From: Octopus bimaculoides
Taxonomy: Eukaryota
DNA length: 61,416 nt
NCBI RefSeq assembly: GCF_001194135.2
Contig: NC_068985.1
Span: forward strand, 23,959,386 to 24,020,801
Direction: 5' to 3'
Shown here: positions 51,705-61,416 of the stretch, piece after piece
Numbering within the stretch: the stretch's first letter is position 1
How the letters are laid out: the number at the start of each line of letters is the position of its first letter
Notes under the pieces: model-generated
Databases searched by the model: none
What the model was told of the DNA's origin: nothing
Seen by the model: the letters and a program-made list of their open reading frames with translations, nothing else
Made by a program: the position numbers and the translations under genes

Positions 51705-51998
51705 CAATGCTCTACCCTTTAGCTGCCGGTAAATTTTTTTTCTCTGAAAATGATTTTATCCTTATATATATACTGTTCAGTATTTACGCGTTGAATAAAA
51801 TCTATCTTTCTACAATACTTGTTCTACAATACATCTCGACGCTTCAAAAACAAACTTGTTTGTTTACATAGGACGATATCTATCTATCTATCTATCTACC
51901 TATCTATCTATATGTGTGTGTGTATGTGTGTGTGCGTGTGTGCGTGTGTGTATATACATATTTATATATATATATATACATATATATATATAATTATA

Positions 51999-52267
51999 TT
52001 CTTTTATTCTTTTACTTGTTTCAGTCATTTGACAGCGGCCATGCTGGAGCACAGCCTTGAATTTTTAGTCGAACGAATCGACTCCAGTACTTATAATTTT
52101 TGTTAAGCTTGTTACTTATTCTATCAGACTCTTTTGCTGAACCGTTATGTTACAAGGAGGGGAACACGCCAAAACCGGTTGTCGAGCGGTGAAGGGAGGA
52201 CAAACTCAGACACAAAGATACACACAAACACACACATACGCACACACGCACGAACACACACACACAC

Positions 52268-52305
<38 letters not shown>

Positions 52306-52451
52306 GTGATGGGCTTCTTTCAGTTTCCTTCTACCAAATCCATTCACAAGGCTTCGATTAGCCCGAGACTATAGTAGAAGACATATTGCCAAGGTGCAAC
52401 GCAGTGGGACTGAACCCGGATCCATATGGTTGGGAAGCAAACTTCTTACCA
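51999..52451 (-). mobile_element. SINE family A, near full length
   Basis: Reverse complement of the A body with an expanded internal (CA)n. Confidence 0.92.
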
Positions 52452-53203
52452 GTATCTCTATATTTATCTATATATCTAAATATGCATGTATATTGCACAA
52501 GTGTCGGTGTTGCAACACGGAACTGCGCTTCGCTCTGATAGCTATTTGAAACGTAGAAAACTTGGTTATATCAAAGTTCTGTGTATTTGCCATAGACTCA
52601 TAAGTATACCGGTAGAGAAAAGGAAACGCTAAGGCGTCGGCCAATAGGTTGGATCTCCAGAGGACTTAACCAGCTGCGGTTATGTATACATCAGTAATTT
52701 AAAAAGCATTGTCTTTTACTTGTCGCCATTACACCTCGTAGCTGCACGTCTAGAAACTGTTGTCTCCTATCAACTCAATACTTACTGCTAATACACGCTC
52801 TTAAGAATAACTAAACGCTGCACAGAAACACACACATGCACACATCACAAGCATATAAACACGTTCGTACATGTATCTGATTTAAAACGCGAGTAGAGTA
52901 TTTGTATTCTTCACAAATAGATACTTTTCTTTTATTTTCGTTTCATCGATTTGAAATTGTAGTCGGTGTCTTTTGCCAAGGATTTGACAAGGAACCGCTT
53001 ATTCTGTAACCAGCATTATTCTGTTTTCCTTTCTTTCCATCTTCTTCTTTCCTTTTTTTTTAATTCTTTATTCTCCGCAGACAATATCCGACCACGACAT
53101 CAATTTATTTCTACCGCTAACCCTTCACATCATCCAAAGCACTCAACAACTTCCTGCCTTCCTGTGAATTCTTCCTTGGCAGTCCTATCATTACAATACT
53201 CAC

Positions 53204-53261
53204 CTGCTGAGTACAGTATCGAGCCAACCGAGTGGTTGGTCTGCGATGCCGGAAGTAGCAA
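53204..53261 (-). other. Candidate 58-nt micro-exon (unverified)
   Basis: Acceptor TCTATTTCCTGTTATTTCAG and donor CAG|GTGAGT. Open in all three frames; no homology recognised. Confidence 0.25.
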
Positions 53262-53706
53262 CTGAAATAACAGGAAATAGAGCTAATAGCTCTGCATTGG
53301 AACAACGGTGTATAAGCATGCGTGGATTCTTGTTTGTCTGTATACGCGCCTGACAATGCACGATTGTACATACATGAGTGCGCTTGCGTGAGCGCGTGCA
53401 GCTTCTCTGTGTATGTGTATGGGTGCATGTCTGTGTGTGAGGTGGGAATATGTGTGTGGAAGAGTGAGACCCGTGTCAACAATGGAGTATAGGAAGTCCG
53501 GGGTAAGGGTGTTAGGAAAACTGAAGTGTGCGAGGAGGATACATTGCGAAATTAATAAACAGTCGAACAGCGAAATGATGGCGGTGGAGGAAGAATAAAA
53601 AGCCCCACACATATATGCACAGATAAATTACTGAGCGGTAATACATGTGGAAGATGAATAACATAAATTCACACGTTTTTATATACATGTATATATATAT
53701 ACATAC

Positions 53707-53745
<39 letters not shown>

Positions 53746-53858
53746 AATGTATGTATGTATGTATGTATGTATTTAGATATGCACATACACTTGGCACGTA
53801 CACAAATATCAATCTATGTTAATATATATTTCTCTCTTTCTATAAATGAATCAATAAG

Positions 53859-53931
<73 letters not shown>

Positions 53932-53955
53932 GTTAAAGTGGTTACGAATATGATA

Positions 53956-53991
<36 letters not shown>

Positions 53992-54019
53992 CGCGCGCGC
54001 GCGTGCACGCGCGTGTTAA

Positions 54020-54264
54020 TCGAAGTGTAAAATATTATAATACCCATTGCGGCCGATCTTAGCGATCGTTTTCGCACTCAGGTTTCATCGAAGTTTTATG
54101 TAACTGTCCGATTATGCAACCTTGCGCTCTTCAGATATGGCAGTTATGGAATGACATATGGCGACTGCTTTCTATTGTTGGGGGTGAAATGGTATGTTGA
54201 ACCATTAAGGCGAAACCTATCGGTAAGATGGGCCGTAATGGATATATAATATTGTACACTTCGT
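54020..54264. mobile_element. MITE (245 bp) with ~55-bp imperfect TIRs, flanked by TTAA
   Basis: 54021-54075 (CGAAGTGTAAAATATTATAATACCCATTGCGGCCGATCTTAGCGATCGTTTTCGC) pairs with 54210-54263. TTAA at 54016-19 and 54265-68. Confidence 0.8.
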
Positions 54265-55045
54265 TTAATATACCCACTGTACTAACAAATATACGAGTGC
54301 ATTTTTCTCATTTGTGGTTTCTTAGACGGCTCTTTCTGTCTCTCTCTTTCTTACTCTCTCTACATACACGCATACACACACGTGCACGCGCTTACATATA
54401 GCCGTCTAAGAATCCTGCGCGCGCACACTCGCCTCATCGCACACAGACAGAACGACAACAAATAGAAAAAATTACCCAGAACAGCTGGGAGGATGAAAAC
54501 TTAATCGTATAAAGTTCAAGGTACTGGCTTGATAAGGTGGACCAATTTATTAATATTCCATCATTAATTATGAAAACTTTAATTCATTAATATTGCATCA
54601 TTAATTATGAAAAAAGTAATTTTGTAAATCCATAACAAAAGTAATACGAGAAGCAAAGATAGCGTGAAAAACGTCCAAATTTTCATTCATTAAAATGTAT
54701 TTGAATTAAAGCACGATATATTTAATTGTTATAGTGATTGAGTTGTGGTCTTGATCTTCAGAAGTGTGGTGATAACTACGCTTAAATTGTGGCCTTGTTC
54801 GAGCTTCTTAGCAAATCATAGTCTCACCAATACTAAACAGACCTTATAAGGTTTACAGAAATATTGTATTTTTATGAATGAACACATGCAGAAAATCAGG
54901 AAATAATCTCATAGCTAACTACATTATACACCATATATGTGGGAGTATGAGCGTGCACACAGAAACACATACATGCACAGACAGACAGACAGACACACAT
55001 ACACACATACACAGAAACAAACACACACACATACACACATACAAA

Positions 55046-55272
55046 TGGAGATGCGTAGCTTAGTGGTTAGGGTACTGGAATCATGATCGTAAGATTGTGG
55101 TTTCAATTCCTGAACCTGGGAGATGCCAAAACACTTCCTTTCATGCTACTCCAGTCCATTTAGCTGGCAAAAATGAGTAATCCTGCGACGGACCGGAGTC
55201 CCGTCGGGGTGGGTAATTTATACGTCACTGAAACCAGGAAACCGGTCCTTATGCGTCGGCATGATTCCAGAA
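55046..55272 (+). mobile_element. SINE family D
   Basis: GGAGATGCGTAGCTTAGTGGTTAGG...GGTTTCAATTCC...CAAAACACTT...CCAGTCCATTTAGCTGGCAAAAATGAGTAATCCTGCGACGGAC. Confidence 0.8.
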
Positions 55273-55279
55273 AGTAAAA

Positions 55280-55363
<84 letters not shown>

Positions 55364-55769
55364 AAGTTGTATTTCATGAGGGTTGTTATACTGAAAATAA
55401 AGACACGCACAAGTACTATTTCACCCCTTTTATTATTCTTAGTCAGTTCGTTAACATTTTACTAATCGATAGCTTGATTAATCTTTCGCTCAATTAATCA
55501 ATCAGCTATATTTGTCAATGCCCTTTCGTCGGCATTGCAGCCTCATCAAAGACACGTCCTCTTTGCTCCAAGTCTTTTCGCCTCTGTCTGCCTGTTTCAC
55601 TTTAAGAATCTTGCTAATCAAATCCAAAACGTGATTACTTGGTCATCTCACTTCTGCCTGTCACTATGTACTAATCACGGACATTCAGAGATTAGTACTC
55701 GCCTTGTACAAGCGTTTATTACTATAATCCAATGGCTTACAAATACCCCTTTATGGTGACCTCATTTGT

Positions 55770-55968
55770 CGTTCCATCTACAGAAAGTCCAATGGTAAAT
55801 GAAAGAGTAGCGACGTATGCAGACCTAACTATTTGGAAGCGCGCAATAGGTTATAACTTTTTTTGTCACCTGTGCTTCAAACCATGCAGATCTGCATCGG
55901 GATTGAATAGTCATCAGAGAGGTCATGGCCGGAAAGTCAGAAATGTCATAGACAACGAGGAAACATAA
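55770..55968 (+). pseudogene. RTE-like LINE ORF2 C-terminal remnant with a CCHH finger
   Basis: ADLTIWKRAI...FCHLCFKPCRSASGLNSHQRGH...VIDNEET*. The single terminal finger resembles RTE C.xC.R.C.S..GL.SH.R.H. Confidence 0.6.
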
Positions 55969-56600
55969 GGAGTGGCAGTCAATTGTGAAGATGGAGCTAT
56001 CACCAAGTATGTACGTGCGTGCTGTGTTTATGTGTGTGTGTGATGTGTGTACATAAATGTATGAATATATTCATTAAAGACACAAAATTGGAAGATATAA
56101 AGAAAGACTGAGTGTTTAGTGGATGGGAATGTGTATTGAAAAGATTGCTCTTTAGAAGAAAGAAGCGATAGCAAAACTCAGTTTACCATTTAATATTTAG
56201 AAATAATATTTGTTATTAATATATGAAGATATTAATATTTTGAAGAAAAAAAGCATTGTGAAATTCATGAATGAGAATTAAAGAGAGAGAAGGGAAGAGG
56301 AAGAGAGAGAGGGAGAAAGAGAAAGAAAGGGGAGAGCAAGCGAGAGAGAGACAGCGAGGGAGTATGAGAGAGAATGATAGGGAAAAGAAAAGAATGGATG
56401 AGAGATATACAAAGATATGCGAGAGGTGAGAAAGAAAATAATAATGAGAAAGCAAAGCGGTACAAAATAATAGAAGAGAGAGCAAGCGGGATATGAAGAG
56501 AAAATGAAGTATAACCAGATCTGACCTGAAACGTTGAGTGCAAATTGTATAAGCGGAAACAAAGAGATGTGGTGCAAGTGTGTCCATATGTATGTGAGAG

Positions 56601-56636
<36 letters not shown>

Positions 56637-56824
56637 NNNNNNNNNNTTCAAAAAATATAGAAAATGTTCACAAAGCAAGAGGGGATTAAAGTGAGGTACA
56701 GCTAAAGAGATACAGTACACAAGAAAGACTGAGAGAAAAGGAGAAAAATCTCTCTCTCCCCCCCTCTCTCTCTCTATCTATCTACCTATCTGTCTGTCTA
56801 TTTCTCTACCTATCTGTCTATCTA

Positions 56825-56906
<82 letters not shown>

Positions 56907-57038
56907 AACCAATAAAATAATACACTTATGGAATGTACATTGCTACTCTCAGTTTCCTGTCTGATTAAGCTGTTAAACATTCGTCACACAATTCACTTGA
57001 CCAGCGAATGGTGGGGTAATTTTACTTCCTGTAAGAGG

Positions 57039-57079
<41 letters not shown>

Positions 57080-57809
57080 NNNNNNNNNNNNNNNNNNNNN
57101 NNNNNNNNNNNNNNNNNNNNNNNNNNNNNNNNNNNNNNNNNNNNNNNNNNNNNNNNNNNNNNNNNNNNNNNNNNNNNNNNNNNNNNNNNNNNNNNNNNNN
57201 NNNNNNNNNNNNNNNNNNNNNNNNNNNNNNNNNNNNNNNNNNNNNNNNNNNNNNNNNNNNNNNNNNNNNNNNNNNNNNNNNNNNNNNNNNNNNNNNNNNN
57301 NNNNNNNNNNNNNNNNNNNNNNNNNNNNNNNNNNNNNNNNNNNNNNNNNNNNNNNNNNNNNNNNNNNNNNNNNNNNNNNNNNNNNNNNNNNNNNNNNNNN
57401 NNNNNNNNNNNNNNNNNNNNNNNNNNNNNNNNNNNNNNNNNNNNNNNNNNNNNNNNNNNNNNNNNNNNNNNNNNNNNNNNNNNNNNNNNNNNNNNNNNNN
57501 NNNNNNNNNNNNNNNNNNNNNNNNNNNNNNNNNNNNNNNNNNNNNNNNNNNNNNNNNNNNNNNNNNNNNNNNNNNNNNNNNNNNNNNNNNNNNNNNNNNN
57601 NNNNNNNNNNNNNNNNNNNNNNNNNNNNNNNNNNNNNNNNNNNNNNNNNNNNNNNNNNNNNNNNNNNNNNNNNNNNNNNNNNNNNNNNNNNNNNNNNNNN
57701 NNNNNNNNNNNNNNNNNNNNNNNNNNNNNNNNNNNNNNNNNNNNNNNNNNNNNNNNNNNNNNNNNNNNNNNNNNNNNNNNNNNNNNNNNNNNNNNNNNNN
57801 NNNNNNNNN

Positions 57810-57842
<33 letters not shown>

Positions 57843-58846
57843 ATATTTATATATACAGAAAGGGAGAGAGGGAGAGGGAGAGAGAGAGAGAGAACTAGAA
57901 AGAGAGGCTACAAGTGTACATCCATACACACATACATAAATGCATAAACGCGTAGATAAATTCACACGCATACAGAAACACAGAAACAAATGGAAAACTA
58001 AGGAAGAGAGGCTAGTGATGAGAGAAAGAGCTGGAGTGAGAGGAAAATGGAATGTGGGAAGGATATTTTTAATATCGAGAAGAAATTAGTTACAGATGAT
58101 TACATTGCAGCGGCCATATTGTTAGATATGTCTGGTGTATTAATTAAAGATGGTGGAAGTAAAGCTATGGCTGTTGTTGCAATAGCGGTGATAATAATAA
58201 TAATCGTAGTAGTTGTCGTAATGGTGAAGGTAGTGGTGGTGGCGGTAGTGGAAGCGGAACATTATACTAATATAATGAATAAAAATCAATGTATGGACCT
58301 AGATATACATTCATTCAATTAACCAATTTTTCTATTTATTATAAACACTCCTCTCTCCCTCCTCGTTTTCCTCCTCTCTATTTCTCTTTCTCTTTATTAT
58401 TACTCTCTCTATATATTCTCTTATTAAAAATTCTTTCCGTTTCTTGCTCTCTATAGATATCTCTCTCTTTACGCATGGCACATATACGCACATACAGACA
58501 TATGCATACATACACATACATACATACATACATACATACACACATACATACACACACATACATACATAATTACATAGACACATAATACGTACATACATAC
58601 ACACACACACGCACATACATACATACTTAAATACATACATATACACACACGCGCGCACACACGTACATATATATGTGTATATATATATGTGTGTGTATAT
58701 ATATGTACGTATATATATGTGCGTATATACACACACAGTCACACACATATATACGTATATACATACGTATATATGTGTATAAATGCATGTGTATGTGTAT
58801 GGATATATATGCATATATTTATGTACTCATGTATATATATATATAT

Positions 58847-58892
<46 letters not shown>

Positions 58893-58966
58893 TTGCACAT
58901 AACAGCATAATTATTATACTTGTATATTGCAATACATACATACATACGTACATACACACCTACATA

Positions 58967-59002
<36 letters not shown>

Positions 59003-59562
59003 NNNNNNNNNNNNNNNNNNNNNNNNNNNNNNNNNNNNNNNNNNNNNNNNNNNNNNNNNNNNNNNNNNNNNNNNNNNNNNNNNNNNNNNNNNNNNNNNNN
59101 NNNNNNNNNNNNNNNNNNNNNNNNNNNNNNNNNNNNNNNNNNNNNNNNNNNNNNNNNNNNNNNNNNNNNNNNNNNNNNNNNNNNNNNNNNNNNNNNNNNN
59201 NNNNNNNNNNNNNNNNNNNNNNNNNNNNNNNNNNNNNNNNNNNNNNNNNNNNNNNNNNNNNNNNNNNNNNNNNNNNNNNNNNNNNNNNNNNNNNNNNNNN
59301 NNNNNNNNNNNNNNNNNNNNNNNNNNNNNNNNNNNNNNNNNNNNNNNNNNNNNNNNNNNNNNNNNNNNNNNNNNNNNNNNNNNNNNNNNNNNNNNNNNNN
59401 NNNNNNNNNNNNNNNNNNNNNNNNNNNNNNNNNNNNNNNNNNNNNNNNNNNNNNNNNNNNNNNNNNNNNNNNNNNAAAACGTGATTCCGATCTAAGAGAA
59501 ACTTATTCATTGCTGTTTGCCGAAAGATGAATAGCTCATTAATATTTGCTTTTTTTTTATGT

Positions 59563-59595
<33 letters not shown>

Positions 59596-59617
59596 GTCAT
59601 CATCATCATCATCATCA
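59563..59617. repeat. (CAT)n microsatellite
   Basis: Directly visible; source of the poly-Met ORF. Confidence 0.95.
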
Positions 59618-60034
59618 TGTTAGAAAGAGAGAACCATTATGTTGGCAAGAAACAATAATAAGAAATACGGACGAAAATAGTATTTAGATAAGCTTCAATG
59701 TTATAACGTACGAGCTTTCAGACTTATCTTTATTGAATGCTTTTTTAAAGAAAACTCAACAATTAATTTGCATATAAAATGTGTTTAAAAAATGAAGATG
59801 TTTCTTGTAAATCTATATTGAAACAACGTAGGAGTCCGTTCATTGTTTGATGTGTTTTAAGTTATGGTATCATTGTTGTTATCTTAATAGACTTTGGGTA
59901 AAACTGACTTGAAAAATGTGGACAGGATTCACTTCAAATGAAAATCGTAGTTAATATTATTGCTATATGCGCCGTGATCGATCGTGTATCGATTGCGTTG
60001 GAGGCAAGAAGTCACAACAGTTCTCATTCAAGGG

Positions 60035-60180
60035 TTAAGTGTAGTTGCGTGGTTTAGAAGTTCGACTTGCAGCCATATGGCTCTGAGTTCGATCTAACTG
60101 TACGGCAACTCGGGCAATTGTCTTGAATTAAATTCTCTGATAACCAATAGGTTGTGAGGTTGATTGAGACTGTGTGAAAT
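60035..60180 (+). mobile_element. Old SINE family A head
   Basis: GTTGCGTGGTTTAGAAG...GAGTTCGATC...CTCGGGCAATTGTCTT. Similar old fragments at about 27172-27245 and 43790-43890. Confidence 0.55.
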
Positions 60181-60524
60181 TCTTGTTGAATGCTGCTGGC
60201 AGCACGTTATCCTATACAACCTGTTGCATAGTAAAGCCACCAACGACTAAATCAGCAAAAACACCAAATCTTGCTTGGTAGTAGGGTGGTTTTTCGACAC
60301 CCTCCTTGTTTTAAAAAGACAAGAGCTGTGTCAAAGGGCGGATGAACTCAGGAGAGTTAACAGCTGCAGTTTTTCTCGGACCATACATTTTTAGTTCTAC
60401 AATATTATGATCGAGAAAATCGTTGGTATCATCGGAACATTATGGATGAGCACCGCATTATTAGGGGAAACAGATGTCTAGGACCTCTTGTTGGATAGAC
60501 CACTATTTCCTCTTATTTGAAGGA

Positions 60525-60696
60525 CAAGACTAGTTGATTGTATCGACCCCAGTGCTTACTTGATATTTATTTTGTCGACCGTCAAGAATGAAAGGTTAAG
60601 TCGAACACCACGGATTTTGAACTCAGGACGTGAAGGCGGACGAAATGCCGATAAGCATTTGCTGAGGCTTGCTAACGTTTCTGCCAACTCGCTGCC
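60525..60696 (-). mobile_element. SINE family B, older copy
   Basis: Reverse complement of GGCAGCGAGTTGGCAGAAACGTTAGC...GAGTTCAAAATCC...CCTTTCATTC. Confidence 0.8.
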
Positions 60697-60941
60697 TTAA
60701 ACATAAAGCTACGACTAATAGCATGCAAAATTGGGTAGAAAAAAATCCTCTTGGATAGAAAAAGCTGAAAGGTATTCGTCAACAATCAATCAATCAATAA
60801 ATCAATTGATTAATACACACACACATACTCATGCAAATAAAAAATAAGGGAAAAAACGATAAAAGTCAATTAGACGTGCACTGTGAAGATATTAGATTGA
60901 CACTCTGTGAAACTATTTGATAGAAATATAGGAGTGGAAAA

Positions 60942-60968
60942 GACGTTTCGGTCAAGGCTCTTCGTCGG
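60942..60968 (-). ncRNA. Decayed Penelope-type hammerhead motif
   Basis: The minus strand reads CCGACGA-A-GAGCCTTGACC-GAAAC-GTC. The core has U4 to C, stem II is imperfect and stem I is absent. Confidence 0.35.
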
Positions 60969-61358
60969 AAAGAGGGAAAAGTCTAGAGAGGATGAGAAAG
61001 AGCAGGTGTGCTGAGAAAGGTATGCGTGTTGTTATATGACCAATAAAATGTTTCATATATATATGTGTGTACACACACACACATACATATATAGGATACA
61101 TATGATACAGGAAACAAACACAAGAGCTAGTATGAATATGGCGGAGATAAGATAAAATAAGAAATATTATGATTTAGATTTTAACACAAAGATTGAATTA
61201 AATCTACGTCTACACATATGGGTTACCTAGTCATATATACACACATCTATCCAACCATTTGTTTATTCATTCATTCATAGATATGTATGTAAACGCACAT
61301 CACAACATGCACACACACACACACACACATATATGCATACATGCGTACATACATACAT

Positions 61359-61401
<43 letters not shown>

Positions 61402-61416
61402 CACACACACACACAC

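Noticed and set aside
3726-60696. Retroelement strand bias as evidence for a host gene direction
   Set aside because: B SINEs and LINE relics lean minus while D SINEs lean plus. Counts are small and clustered copies are not independent.
11-61416. ORFs rich in YI/HT/CV/LS/X or poly-N/I/M in the supplied track
   Set aside because: They are translations of microsatellites and N-gaps, with no domain content.

Overview
This is eukaryotic, AT-rich, repeat-dense DNA with about 15 N-gaps, most of them flanked by (TA)n. The SINE and LINE repertoire points to an octopus (cephalopod) genome; that is an inference, not a database match. No intact host protein-coding gene, tRNA, rRNA or CRISPR array is supported, and nearly all listed ORFs are microsatellite or gap translations. 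The sequence does support: (1) a full-length but dead Tc1 (DD34E) transposon with 21-bp TIRs and TA TSDs at 29421-30929; (2) two 165-bp TG..CA solo LTRs with separate 5-bp TSDs; (3) a 245-bp TTAA-flanked MITE; (4) 3' remnants of RTE, CR1-like and Dong/R4-like (RLE) LINEs, the last embedded in (CATA)n; (5) many copies of at least four tRNA-derived SINE families, several with clear TSDs; (6) three minimal hammerhead-ribozyme-like motifs of the Penelope type, one (4508-4536) with an intact core. The best leads are the hammerheads, the (CATA)n-associated RLE LINE, the paired solo LTRs and a shared ATAT-type SINE target site.
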